A stretch of DNA of 64,000 nucleotides from NCBI GenBank assembly GCA_947500035.1, contig CANMQP010000004.1, positions 158,071-222,070 of the forward strand, read 5' to 3'. The stretch's first letter is position 1. Each line of letters starts with the position of its first letter. Both the position numbers and the translations under genes were made by a program. Shown here piece after piece: positions 49,803 to 59,535 of this stretch. The notes under the pieces are model-generated. The model had not been told where the DNA came from. It did not search any database and saw nothing but the letters and a program-made list of their open reading frames with translations. Origin of the DNA: an uncultured Kiloniellaceae bacterium. Its GTDB lineage: Bacteria; Pseudomonadota; Alphaproteobacteria; Kiloniellales; Kiloniellaceae.

Positions 49803-50711
49803 ATGACTGACCGGCGCGTTACTTTCGACTTCGAGGTCGATTTCTCCAATGGCGGCGGAATTCAGGGTCAGGACTTTCGTCTCGATATCGAAGGCGAGGA
49901 AATAAGCGACGACGCGCTCGCCGCCGCCATCATCAAGGACCTGCGCCTGCTGATGGTGGGTGAGGTCCGCATTCTCAACAAACGGATCATCGAGGAACGG
50001 CATAAGCGCGCAAAACACGCCACGGAAAGAAGAGAAACCGGGGCCGATGCTTTCGTCGATCTCAGCCACAGCATCGTCGAGGGCATGATCACCTACAAGG
50101 GTCTGCCCGCGCCGCTGATCTGCGACCATCTTTCCTTTCCCGACTCTCATGCTCACTACGCAGAGGGAACGGAGTTTCAGATCGGAAAGATCGAGATGGT
50201 AGCGAACACCGGCACCTATATCGACACGCCGGCGCACCGCTACCGTGACGGCCACGATCTGGAAGGCCTGATGCTGGAGAAGGTTTCGAACCTGCCGGGC
50301 CTGGTGGTGCGGGTGCCCGGTGCGAAAGACCGCGCCATCGACTGGCAGGTCTTCGCCGCCAGCGAAGTGAGCGGCCGCGCGGTCCTGGTGGAAACCGGCT
50401 GGGACCGGCATTGGGGCAGCGACCGGTACTTCGAAGGTCATCCCTTCCTGACCGAGGCGGCGGCGGTTTACCTCCGCGATCAGGGCGCAACCCTTGTCGG
50501 GATCGACTCTTTGAACATCGACGATACCAGCGGCGGCACCCGCCCGGTCCACTCGGTGCTTCTCAAGGCGGAGATTCCCATCGTCGAGCACATGACCAAT
50601 CTCGCCGCCCTGCCCGTCGAAGGCTTCCGCTTCTTCGCCGCCCCGCCGAAAGTGCGCGGCATGGGCACCTTCCCGGTGCGAGCCCATGCGCGGCTGGAGG
50701 CAGTCTCTTAA
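49803..50711 (+). CDS. Cyclase-family protein (kynurenine formamidase-like)
   Basis: DLSHSI..G..Y and the downstream His/Asp pattern match the putative cyclase family. The N-terminal 50 aa may be an over-extension (alternative start MVGEVRIL at 49953). Confidence 0.72.
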   Translation: MTDRRVTFDFEVDFSNGGGIQGQDFRLDIEGEEISDDALAAAIIKDLRLLMVGEVRILNKRIIEERHKRAKHATERRETGADAFVDLSHSIVEGMITYKGLPAPLICDHLSFPDSHAHYAEGTEFQIGKIEMVANTGTYIDTPAHRYRDGHDLEGLMLEKVSNLPGLVVRVPGAKDRAIDWQVFAASEVSGRAVLVETGWDRHWGSDRYFEGHPFLTEAAAVYLRDQGATLVGIDSLNIDDTSGGTRPVHSVLLKAEIPIVEHMTNLAALPVEGFRFFAAPPKVRGMGTFPVRAHARLEAVS

Positions 50712-50727
50712 AAGAGACCGCCGGTCA

Positions 50728-51843
50728 TCAACCTGACGCCTTCTCGCGCATGGCCAGGAAGCGCTGATCGCCCACGACGCTCCACTTGCGCGCGCCTTCC
50801 AGATATTCGCTGTAGGAGGCATGGATCTTCTTGGTGGTGGCATCTGTCGCGGCCAGCTCCGTGATCACCTCCTGGGTCGCCTCACCAAGGGCAACCACGA
50901 TCTCCTCCGGCCATTCGCGCAGAATCACACCCTGGTCCCGCACCAGCGGTTCGAGGGACACAATATTGTGGCGGGTGAAGTCGGCCAGAGTTTCGTTGGC
51001 GGTCGCGGAGCAGGCCGCCGCGACGATAGCCTGCAGGTCGCCGGGCAGAGCTTCATAGAGCTCCTTGTTGACAATGGCCTCCAGGGCCGGGCCGCCCTCA
51101 TGAAACGCGGGCAGGTAGTAGTTTTTCGCGACCTTGTGCAGGCCGAAGGCCAGATCGTTCCAGGGGCCGACCCACTCGGCGGCATCGACGACACCGCTCT
51201 GCATGGCTGGGAAGATCTCGCCCGGCGGAGTGAGGACGACCGTGACACCGAGACGCCGCAGGGCCTCGCCACCGATGCCCGCGATGCGCATCTTCAGGCC
51301 CTGGAGGTCGGCGAGGCCGGTGATCTCCTCACGGAACCAGCCGCCCGCCTGCACGCCGCTGCTGCCGGCGTAAAAGCCCTTCAGGCCGAATCCACTATAG
51401 ACCTCGTCCCAGAGCTCCTGCCCGCCGCCATAGTAGAGCCAGCCGGTCATTTCCCAGGCGGTCAGGCCAAACGGCAGACCGGTGAAATAGTGCAGCGCTT
51501 TGCTCTTGCCCTGCCAGTAATAGGGCGTCGCATGCGCCATCTCGGCAGCCCCGTTGCGCACCGCATCGAAAACCTCGAAGGGCGGCACCAGTTCGCCCCC
51601 GGCGAAAAGCTTCACGGTCAGGCGCCCGCCGCTCATCGCCGTGATACGGTCGGCGAGCCGCTGCGCATTGACGCCGACCCCCGGTGCGTTTTTCGGCCAG
51701 GGCATCGCCATGCGCCATTCGATCCGTTCCTGTGCGATGGCGGGAGCGCCCAGGATACCCGTCGCGGCTGCGGCGGCCGTGGTGGCGGCGGCGCCCGCAA
51801 CGGCGCCTTTTGCAGCGGTTTTCAGAAAGCGGCGTCGTTTCAT
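50728..51843 (-). CDS. TRAP transporter substrate-binding protein (DctP family), Tat-signal
   Basis: MKRRRFLKTAAKGAVAGAAA twin-arginine signal and a DctP fold. No dctQM partner genes are adjacent in the window. Confidence 0.82.
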   Translation of the reverse strand: MKRRRFLKTAAKGAVAGAAATTAAAAATGILGAPAIAQERIEWRMAMPWPKNAPGVGVNAQRLADRITAMSGGRLTVKLFAGGELVPPFEVFDAVRNGAAEMAHATPYYWQGKSKALHYFTGLPFGLTAWEMTGWLYYGGGQELWDEVYSGFGLKGFYAGSSGVQAGGWFREEITGLADLQGLKMRIAGIGGEALRRLGVTVVLTPPGEIFPAMQSGVVDAAEWVGPWNDLAFGLHKVAKNYYLPAFHEGGPALEAIVNKELYEALPGDLQAIVAAACSATANETLADFTRHNIVSLEPLVRDQGVILREWPEEIVVALGEATQEVITELAATDATTKKIHASYSEYLEGARKWSVVGDQRFLAMREKASG

Positions 51844-52086
51844 CTTGTGTCCCCTTTTGCGTTGCGCAAAGAAATTCCACACCCCGGATGCTGCCGTAAA
51901 ACGCCGCCCGGTTCCAGTTCAGACTGGGGAGCGCGTAGATGCGCGATGTGTTTTACCTCCTGCCGGGCAGGAAAAAATTCGATAGCGACCGGCGCCGTCT
52001 TTTACGTTAGATTGCGAATGATTTTATAAAGGGGCGCCTCTTCAGCTCCAAAGGAATTTCCTCGGCAAAGAATTAGGGAGACCAGC

Positions 52087-53061
52087 ATGCTGTTCATCAC
52101 CAATCGATTTCCCAAGCAAAGCATTCGAACCACGAAAGGCCGCAGCTTCGATTTTGACCTGAAAAACAACGCGGCCAGCAACTCGGTGTTCTTTTGCGAG
52201 TATCACAAGAAGGGCGACTGCACAGAGCTCGGCAGCATTCCCTTTCTGCAGAGGCTCAAGGATGCCAAGTACCGGCAGGTCCTGATCTACATCCACGGTT
52301 TTTCGAACCTGCCCGAAGCGGTGTTCGATGGCGCCATGGAGTTTCAGAAACTCTGCGATCAAAAGAAGAAGGGCGAAATCCTGGTCATCCCCCTGATCTG
52401 GCCCTGCGACGACGACCTGGGTATCGTTCAGGACTACTGGGACGACCAGAAGGCCGCCGACCAGAGTGCCTTCGCCTTCGCGCGCGTGCTGGAGAAATTC
52501 ATGAGCTGGCGCAGCGATGAAAAGCACAATCCGCAGTCTGATCCCTGCCTGAAGCGGATCAACGTTCTGGCGCATTCCATGGGCAACCGGGTCCTGCGCC
52601 AGACACTCGCCGCCTGGAACAAATACGACCTGGCCAATGGCGTTCCGCTGCTGATGCGCAACACCTTCCTGGTGGCCGCCGACGTGGTGAACGAAACCCT
52701 GCATGTGGGCGAACGGGGCGAGCTGATCTGCCATGCCTCCCGCAACGTGGTGGTTTACTACGCCTCCGACGATCTGGCGCTGCGCGCGAGCAAGGCGTCG
52801 AACCTGAAGAACAAGATTGCCTCCCGGCGCCTGGGCCACAGCGGTCCGGAAAACATGGACCTGACACCGCGCAACGTCTATGCCGTCGAATGCGACGACG
52901 TGAACAACGCCTACGATAGTCCCAAGGGCCATTCCTACTTCAGATCGGGCCGCAAGAAGGGCAAGCCCGGCTTGGTTTTCGATCACATCTTCGCAACCCT
53001 GCTCTCGGGCCGGGTCTTCCCGGAAGACGAGTTTCGGCGCACCACCATTATCCGGGAGTAA
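52087..53061 (+). CDS. Alpha/beta-hydrolase (DUF900-like) with GxSxG (AHSMGN)
   Basis: The serine-nucleophile elbow AHSMGNRV and the overall size fit the family. Confidence 0.6.
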   Translation: MLFITNRFPKQSIRTTKGRSFDFDLKNNAASNSVFFCEYHKKGDCTELGSIPFLQRLKDAKYRQVLIYIHGFSNLPEAVFDGAMEFQKLCDQKKKGEILVIPLIWPCDDDLGIVQDYWDDQKAADQSAFAFARVLEKFMSWRSDEKHNPQSDPCLKRINVLAHSMGNRVLRQTLAAWNKYDLANGVPLLMRNTFLVAADVVNETLHVGERGELICHASRNVVVYYASDDLALRASKASNLKNKIASRRLGHSGPENMDLTPRNVYAVECDDVNNAYDSPKGHSYFRSGRKKGKPGLVFDHIFATLLSGRVFPEDEFRRTTIIRE

Positions 53062-53134
53062 ATCCGCGACAGACCGGCTACGGCAATGTGCGTTTAAACA
53101 GACACAGAACTCGCTATAGGCGGCACGGCCTGAT

Positions 53135-53830
53135 TTAGGCAATCGGAAGAGAGGCGAGAGTCTCGACGAAGGTTTCGGTTCTTGTCCGCCGGTAGAAGAC
53201 CAGTTCGGCGGCCTCCGGCGTGAAGGTCCCGAACTCCCGCTCGCGGTTTTGGTCGATGAAATCCACGAAGCCGGCCGGGTCCGCCAGAGGCGCATTGAGC
53301 AGCAGAAGCGAAGCGTGCGCGGTGTTGCGCACCCGCTCCGCCGAAATCTCGCCGCCGGGCACGGAAATCTCGATCCCTTCGAGGGCCTGGAACAGAGCCA
53401 CGCGAAAAGCTCGCAGATCGACGCTCGGCCAGCCCTGCACCAGCACCGATGAATTGCCGCAGGTCAGTCCCTGCAAGATAATGGATAGCCCGCGCAGTTG
53501 CGGCAGCAGCTCTGCGACCCGTTCGGCATAGATCCGTGCGCGCCGGTCTCCGGTTGGAATGTCGCCCCGATAGCCCTCGATCGAGCGCAGAGTCATGTGA
53601 AAGTTGCTGCGGTCGTAGCAGAACTGCCCGCCTCCCGCGCGCGCGATCAGGTCAGGGCAGATCCCGGCAATGGACTCGCGGAAGGGAACGCGCAGGATCA
53701 GACTCAGGCCCCAACGCGTCTCACCGATCTCAGGCGGCAGGTCACAGGCCATCGCGTTGCCGAGCGCCCTGTCCCGCGCGCCCGACCAGATGCGGTCGTA
53801 GATCGTTTTAAGAGTGTGATTTTGGGTCAT
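53135..53830 (-). CDS. 2H-phosphoesterase superfamily protein (LigT-like)
   Basis: Two H-x-[ST]-x motifs (FHMTL and AHASLL) about 95 aa apart. Start at MTQNHTL. Confidence 0.5.
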   Translation of the reverse strand: MTQNHTLKTIYDRIWSGARDRALGNAMACDLPPEIGETRWGLSLILRVPFRESIAGICPDLIARAGGGQFCYDRSNFHMTLRSIEGYRGDIPTGDRRARIYAERVAELLPQLRGLSIILQGLTCGNSSVLVQGWPSVDLRAFRVALFQALEGIEISVPGGEISAERVRNTAHASLLLLNAPLADPAGFVDFIDQNREREFGTFTPEAAELVFYRRTRTETFVETLASLPIA

Positions 53831-53901
53831 AGCCTGGATGCTTGATTGGGGCGGCAAGCTATCCCGCAAAGCCGCTGGACTTCAACAGGGAAGAAGACGT
53901 T

Positions 53902-54450
53902 TCAACCATATTCATCGACAAACGGCAGGTGTGCCCCAAAGTAGAAAGGCGTTTCGTAAAAACCCCAGACACCGTCTCTGCGGGCGGCCCTGGTCTCGAC
54001 GTAGCCCTTCCACCAGAGTGCCTCGCGCTCCTTGACCGTAAGATGCCCGAACTGATCGAGGACGACCTGCGCCGGATCGTAGTAAAGGATCACGAAGGTC
54101 TCTGTATCTGGTTCTGGGGCATCTGCTGCTTCGGACAACTCCGAAAGCGGCCCATAGACTTTCACTCTGATACCGGGTTGCGAGAGCAGAGTTCTGATGA
54201 CACTCGACCGGCCGTCCTGACCGAAAACATAGTCGGCCTGCGCTTCGCCATTGCAGTCGTTGGGAACACAAGGCAGAGCCCGAAACGCCTCGATACGCCC
54301 TTCCACGATCACGCTTCTCAGGTCTGCTGCGAAATCCTGCGCCGTCTCCCTGTCCGACTTCGGCCAGGCGTAGGCCACGACGACCAGGCCCAAGGACAGA
54401 ATCGCGAAGGCCAGTTTGAGCCACCTATGATGCTTCTGCCAAATCTTCAT
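53902..54450 (-). CDS. Membrane-anchored hypothetical protein
   Basis: N-terminal TM (WLKLAFAILSLGLVVVAYAW). No motif. Confidence 0.45.
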   Translation of the reverse strand: MKIWQKHHRWLKLAFAILSLGLVVVAYAWPKSDRETAQDFAADLRSVIVEGRIEAFRALPCVPNDCNGEAQADYVFGQDGRSSVIRTLLSQPGIRVKVYGPLSELSEAADAPEPDTETFVILYYDPAQVVLDQFGHLTVKEREALWWKGYVETRAARRDGVWGFYETPFYFGAHLPFVDEYG

Positions 54451-54586
54451 CGGAAAATCGCCTCAAACAGCGCCCTTGGTGCAGTGGGCAGCCCTAACAG
54501 TTCCAAAAAGCCTCACCATTTGATAACTGCCGGGAATGGTCATTCTGAGGCGGAACCTCACCAGAAAGATCCTTAACCTCTACCAC

Positions 54587-54858
54587 TTAGTGTGGTGATC
54601 GGGGAATTCGTGTCATTAATGATCGCTTTTGCGGTTCTCTGAGCAGGAAGCGTCGCGCTGGCGATGCCAAAGCATCGGCGAGTGGCGCTGACGCCCTTCA
54701 GAGAGCCGCAAAAGCGACCTTTACGGCGCCTTTGCAAGTCCCGCGGATGTCGTTGCGCGGGCTTTGTGATGCTCCACATCACGGCAGCCCGCGCGCCTAA
54801 CCGCGCAACACGCAAAGGCGTCATAAACGATACGAATTCCTCGATCACCACACCAAAA
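54587..54858. mobile_element. MITE-like non-coding element with about 35-bp imperfect terminal inverted repeats and nested internal inverted repeats
   Basis: Left end ttagtgtggtgatcggggaattcgtgtcattaatgatcg. The right end is its near reverse complement (cgtcataaacgatacgaattcctcgatcaccacaccaa). There is an internal pair gcttttgcggttctctga / tcagagagccgcaaaagc. No ORF. Confidence 0.65.
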
Positions 54859-54885
54859 TAGACGAAACACCAAAGGAATATTTGA

Positions 54886-55209
54886 ATGCTTACGAATCTG
54901 GACCACCTGCCCGGCTGGCGCATTAAAGAACACAAAGGACTGGTGCAAGGCAGCACCGTGCAATCCAAGCACATTGGCCGCGATATCTTTGCGGGTCTCA
55001 AGAACATCGTCGGCGGCGAGCTGAAGGGCTACACCGAACTGCTGGAAGAGGCCCGCAACGAGGCCTTGCGGCGCATGATGGACCAGGCCAAGACCGCGGG
55101 TGCCAACGCCGTCCTGAACATCCGTTTCGCAACTTCGACCATTACCCCCGGCGCGGCGGAAATCCTGGCCTACGGCACCGCGGTGATCGTCGAGCAGGAG
55201 GGCGTCTGA
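54886..55209 (+). CDS. YbjQ / UPF0145 (DUF74) family protein
   Basis: 107 aa. GGELKGYTELLEEARNEALRRMMDQAKTAGANAVLNIRF is typical of the family. Confidence 0.72.
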   Translation: MLTNLDHLPGWRIKEHKGLVQGSTVQSKHIGRDIFAGLKNIVGGELKGYTELLEEARNEALRRMMDQAKTAGANAVLNIRFATSTITPGAAEILAYGTAVIVEQEGV

Positions 55210-55210
55210 C

Positions 55211-55654
55211 GTGGGTATTCTGGAGATTGCCCTCTATTTCGGTACGCCGGCCGTATTGATTGTGATCGGTTTGATCGTCGGAACCTATAATGAGCGGCGG
55301 CACTACCGTTCGATCAGACAGCGGGAAGAGGAATTGCGTTCACTGCCGATCCACTCCGGCGAGACCCTGCCCGAAGGCTTCGAGGCGGCGGAGGTAAAAC
55401 TCGTCAGCGGCGCGACGGTGATCGCGGAAGACCGCTTCAAAGCCCTGCTGGCCGGCATCCGCAACATCTTCGGCGGCCACATGAGAAGCTACGAGAGCCT
55501 GCTGGACCGGGGACGGCGCGAGGCGGTGCTGCGCATGAAGGAAGCGGCCCGCAGCGACGGTTTCTCGGTGATCGTCAACACCCGCTTCGAAACCGCCCGG
55601 ATTGCCCAGGGCATCGAAATCCTCGCCTATGGGACCGCGGCGAAACAGCGTTAG
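55211..55654 (+). CDS. YbjQ / UPF0145 family protein with an N-terminal TM helix
   Basis: A paralog of the upstream gene (FGGHMRSYESLLDRGRREAVLRMKEAARSDGFSVIVNTRF). The gap between the two genes is 1 bp. Confidence 0.68.
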   Translation: MGILEIALYFGTPAVLIVIGLIVGTYNERRHYRSIRQREEELRSLPIHSGETLPEGFEAAEVKLVSGATVIAEDRFKALLAGIRNIFGGHMRSYESLLDRGRREAVLRMKEAARSDGFSVIVNTRFETARIAQGIEILAYGTAAKQR

Positions 55655-55746
55655 CCTATTGCCCGAGACCGCCGCGTGCCCCTCCCCGCGGCGACGGCCC
55701 AGCAGCGACGGTCCAGTGGCCCCAAAAGACCGGAGCGCGGCCTCTC

Positions 55747-57138
55747 TCAGGCCGCCCGGATGCTTGCCAGAAATTCCTGCACGGCCCCACGCAGGCTCTC
55801 CGATTGCCGATCGAGGCCCTTGGAGGCTTCCAGCATTTGAGCGGAGGCGTCGCCGGCCTGCTGAGCGGTCTGGGTCACGCCCCCGATGCTGCCGGAGACG
55901 CTTCGGGTCCCGGCCGCCGCTTCCTGGATATTGCGCGAGATCTCACCGGTCGCCGCGCTCTGCTGCTCGACCGCCGAAGAGATGCCGGTCGATATCTCGC
56001 TGACGGATTCAATGGTGCCGACAATTTGCCCGATCGCTTCGGCGGAGCTCTCTGTCGCCGCCTGTATCTCGGCGACCTGGGCCGCGATCTGATCGGTTGC
56101 CTGCGCGGTCTGGTTGGCCAGCAGCTTGACCTCGCTGGCCACCACGGCGAAGCCTTTGCCAGCCTCGCCCGCACGCGCGGCCTCGATGGTCGCATTCAGG
56201 GCCAGCAGATTGGTCTGTTCGGCGATCTCCTGAATCAGATTGACGACCTGGTCGATTTTCCGGGCCGCGCCGGTCAGGCCCTCGACCTGTGTGTTGGTAT
56301 GGCGGGCCTTTTCCATGGCCTCGCCGGAAATCCTGCTGGAACTTGTCACCTGCCGGCCGATTTCTTCGATCGAGGATGTCAGCTCCTCCGAGGCGGCGGC
56401 CACGGTTTCCACATTCTCCATGGCCTTCTGGGAGGTCTCTTCGACCGACGAGGCCTGGTCGCGGGTTTGCCCGGCGATGGCGGACATTTCCTGAGCCGTC
56501 GAGAGAACCTCCGCCGAAGCCGAGGCGACCCCCTCGACCACAGCCTTGATGCTGCTCTCGAACTGCTGCGCCAGGGACTCGAGCGCCTCCTCTCGCGCCC
56601 TCTTGCCTTCATCCAGGTAGATCGAAATCGCCAGGTTCATGTCGAGCAGCGCTGCCTGATTGATCGCCGCCAGTGCATCCGCGCGTCTGGCCCTGATCCG
56701 GCTGTTGGACAAACGGCTGTCGAAGTGATCGCTGATACGGCGCTGCAGCTCGGTGGTGATATAGGCGTAGCCGCCGATGTACCACTCCGGCTCCAACCCG
56801 ATCTTGTTGTGAACCCGCCCGACCACGCGTACGGACTCGATATAATCCTGATCGAAATGTCCCGACGCGATCAACAGCCAGTGCTTTAATTGCTGTGCTT
56901 CGGCGTGTTTCTTTGCGTCTTCGCCGTCGAAGAGCCCGTCGGGCACAGAATAGCCGGAGATGTGCCGATAAAAGTCTCGAAGAATTGACGGGAGCTCTTG
57001 CTCCAAAAAGGGTTTTATTTGCCTGAGGGTATGCTTTGTCTCTTCGCTGATGCGGTTAAATTGAAGCAGCTCTTGATGAGTACCTGAAGTGGTCACGCCT
57101 AAGCCCCGTATTCCGATAATGTCAATAGGATCAAGCAC
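55747..57138 (-). CDS. Globin-coupled sensor / methyl-accepting chemotaxis protein (HemAT-like)
   Basis: An N-terminal sensor-globin-like domain of about 150 aa, then an MCP signalling domain (highly conserved region [34 protein letters not shown]). No TM helices. Confidence 0.75.
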   Translation of the reverse strand: MLDPIDIIGIRGLGVTTSGTHQELLQFNRISEETKHTLRQIKPFLEQELPSILRDFYRHISGYSVPDGLFDGEDAKKHAEAQQLKHWLLIASGHFDQDYIESVRVVGRVHNKIGLEPEWYIGGYAYITTELQRRISDHFDSRLSNSRIRARRADALAAINQAALLDMNLAISIYLDEGKRAREEALESLAQQFESSIKAVVEGVASASAEVLSTAQEMSAIAGQTRDQASSVEETSQKAMENVETVAAASEELTSSIEEIGRQVTSSSRISGEAMEKARHTNTQVEGLTGAARKIDQVVNLIQEIAEQTNLLALNATIEAARAGEAGKGFAVVASEVKLLANQTAQATDQIAAQVAEIQAATESSAEAIGQIVGTIESVSEISTGISSAVEQQSAATGEISRNIQEAAAGTRSVSGSIGGVTQTAQQAGDASAQMLEASKGLDRQSESLRGAVQEFLASIRAA

Positions 57139-57253
57139 CTAGTTAAAGAGCAAAATTCCTAAGTATTTGTGAAAAATCCCCGATTAGTTTGTAATTGCGC
57201 CACAAATATGGAAGCGGTGCGCGCTTAAAACCAAAGCCCTACAAAGGTGGCGC

Positions 57254-57386
57254 CTAGTGTGATGTTTCTGAAGTTCGCCGCATAATCTGCGGCGAGTTTT
57301 AGAGACTGAATCACACTAGATTCAATGAGGTGGTGTCCCGTTGAATCTGAAATTCAATGAAGTGAATTTCAGATTCGGGATACTAG
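57254..57386 (-). repeat. 133-bp structured repeat element, copy B (inverted relative to copy A)
   Basis: Its reverse complement is about 90% identical to 35582-35714, with compensatory changes in the stems. Its terminal CTAG supplies the TAG stop of the minus-strand gene 57383-57910. Confidence 0.8.
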
Positions 57387-57910
57387 GACATTTCCTTCAG
57401 CCGGTCCTGTGCCCATTTCAGTGCGTCGAGATTGTCTTCCCATACGAAATCATAATCTTGTCCGCGGTCAATTTCATGCTGCGCGGCGAGGACCATGGCT
57501 TCCAGTACCGGCTTGCGTTCGTTTTCCGGCCAAGCATCGAAGTCGGCGCGGTCCAGTCTGTTGACGATCACCAGAGGTTCCGCAGTCCAACCGTAATCTG
57601 GTTCGGAAAAATACGCGGCGAAAAAACGCGGCAGAAGGAATTTTATCGTCTCCTGCGATCCGATGGTTGTCATCACGCAGAACATGAGCCTGTTGATGTC
57701 ACTGTTATCGAGATTATCAAAACCCTTTTCGCGCACTTCCTTGAGTTCGTCGAAGCGCAGGTAGGATGCATGGTAGGTCTCGCCCGACCAAAGGCCATGC
57801 TGCCGCGACGCAAAGACCCGCGCCAACTCAATGACGACGCTCCTTTGAGGCTCCGGCAAATACGCGTGGCGCTCCTGGAGGCGGCGCAGGTTTTTATCCG
57901 ATCTGCTCAT
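57383..57910 (-). CDS. Hypothetical protein
   Basis: 175-aa ORF with no motif. Confidence 0.5.
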   Translation of the reverse strand: MSRSDKNLRRLQERHAYLPEPQRSVVIELARVFASRQHGLWSGETYHASYLRFDELKEVREKGFDNLDNSDINRLMFCVMTTIGSQETIKFLLPRFFAAYFSEPDYGWTAEPLVIVNRLDRADFDAWPENERKPVLEAMVLAAQHEIDRGQDYDFVWEDNLDALKWAQDRLKEMS

Positions 57911-58034
57911 CTCCCGACTATTTCAAGCCAACTCTTCCTCAGCAACAACTCAGTTCATCAGCCAGAGAATTGTCTGCCGAGAATTGCGCCGCCAAAAGCT
58001 TTCGCCGCTCCGTCGTGAAAGCTATTCTTCCGCC

Positions 58035-59516
58035 ATGAACATTAGCGTCAGCCATATTTTCCTGAGCGAGAACGCCGCGATCAGCCTGCAGATGCGCCTG
58101 CGCGAGACCATCTCCGGGGCGATCTGGTCCGGACGTTTCGCGCCGGGCGACAAGCTGCCGTCTACGCGGGCGCTGGCGCAGCACCTCAAGATCGCGCGGA
58201 TCACGGTCTCGGCGGCCTATCAGGAGCTGGTCGCCGATGGCTATCTGGTTTCCGCGCCGCGCAGCGGTTATCTGATTGCCGAGACCTCGCCCAGCCTGCG
58301 TCTGGCAGCCGAGGAGAAGACGCAGGACGACAGGCTGAAAGTCGACTGGTCTCAGCATCTGCCGGGCGATTACGCGGCGGTGGCCGAGAAGGTCAAGCCG
58401 GCGAACTGGCGGGCCTACCGCTATCCCTTTGTCTATGGCCAGGCGGACCAAAGCCTCTTTCCCCACGACGCCTGGCGGGACTGCGCGCGCCGGGCCCTGG
58501 GTAAGCGGGACTTCGATGCGGCGGCGGGCGATTTCCGGGACTCGGACGATCCCATGCTGGTCAAGCAGATCGTGATGCGCAGCCTGCCCGGCCGTGGGGT
58601 CGCGGCCCGGCCGGAAGAGGTTCTGGTCACCCTGGGCGCGCAGAATGCGCTTTGGATCGTCGCCCACCTGCTGATGGCCCACCGGGCGCAGGCCTGTGCC
58701 GCCATCGAGGAACCGGGCTATCCGGAACTGCGCGAAATGCTGCGCCGCTCACAGGTGAAGGTCGCGCCCATCCCGGTGGACCGGGAGGGTATGTGCGTGG
58801 AGCAGATCCCGCAGGCTGTGCAGGTGGTCTTCATCACCCCCAGCCATCACGCGCCGACCGGCGTCAATATGTCGAGGGCCCGGCGGCGGCGCTTGCTGGA
58901 GCTGGCGGAGGAGCGCGACTTCCTGGTGGTCGAGGACGACTACGACTACGAAATGAATTACCTCAAGCCGCCCCTGCCCGCGCTCAAATCCATCGACAGC
59001 CAGGACCGGGTCATCTACCTGGGCAGCTTTTCCAAGACCCTCTTTCCCGGCCTGCGCCTGGGCTACATCGCCGCCGCCGAACCCCTGATCACGGAAGCGC
59101 GCGGCCTGCGCACCCTGGTCACGCGGCACCCGCCCGGCATCACCCAGCGCGCCACCGCCTATTTTCTGGCGCTGGGCCATTACAATGCCCATGCCGCCCG
59201 CCAGCGCAGCGAGTTCAAAGCCCGCTGGCTGATTCTGGAAAAAGCACTGACGGATGCAGGCCTGAAGGTCGCGAACAAGGACAGCATCGGCGGCGCCAGT
59301 GTCTGGCTGGAACTGCCGGAAGAGATCGACAGCGGCGCCCTGGCCGAGGAGTTGAAGAACGACAGCGTCCTGATCGAACCGGGCGCGCGTTTCTTCGCCT
59401 CGAAAAGCCCGCCGCGGAACTTCGTGCGCGTTGCCTATTCCGTGATCCAGAAAGACCGGATCGAACAGGGCGTGAAGCTGATTGCAGGTGCCATCGGGCG
59501 CTACAAGACGGCCTGA
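58035..59516 (+). CDS. MocR/GabR-type regulator (GntR HTH fused to a PLP-dependent aminotransferase domain)
   Basis: GntR HTH (LPSTRALAQHLKIARITVSAAYQELVADGYL) plus an aminotransferase class I/II fold with a PLP-lysine region (YLGSFSKTLFPGLRLGY). Confidence 0.8.
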   Translation: MNISVSHIFLSENAAISLQMRLRETISGAIWSGRFAPGDKLPSTRALAQHLKIARITVSAAYQELVADGYLVSAPRSGYLIAETSPSLRLAAEEKTQDDRLKVDWSQHLPGDYAAVAEKVKPANWRAYRYPFVYGQADQSLFPHDAWRDCARRALGKRDFDAAAGDFRDSDDPMLVKQIVMRSLPGRGVAARPEEVLVTLGAQNALWIVAHLLMAHRAQACAAIEEPGYPELREMLRRSQVKVAPIPVDREGMCVEQIPQAVQVVFITPSHHAPTGVNMSRARRRRLLELAEERDFLVVEDDYDYEMNYLKPPLPALKSIDSQDRVIYLGSFSKTLFPGLRLGYIAAAEPLITEARGLRTLVTRHPPGITQRATAYFLALGHYNAHAARQRSEFKARWLILEKALTDAGLKVANKDSIGGASVWLELPEEIDSGALAEELKNDSVLIEPGARFFASKSPPRNFVRVAYSVIQKDRIEQGVKLIAGAIGRYKTA

Positions 59517-59535
59517 GACTGAGACCTGACGTGGT

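Noticed and set aside
55804-56889. 361-aa plus-strand ORF
   Set aside because: Antisense shadow of the MCP gene, whose signalling domain is unmistakable.
35715-57253. Possibility that the two inverted 133-bp copies delimit a composite transposon or invertible segment of about 21.5 kb
   Set aside because: The intervening genes are ordinary housekeeping or accessory genes at native-like GC, with no transposase or recombinase. The copies are better explained as dispersed 3'-end elements.
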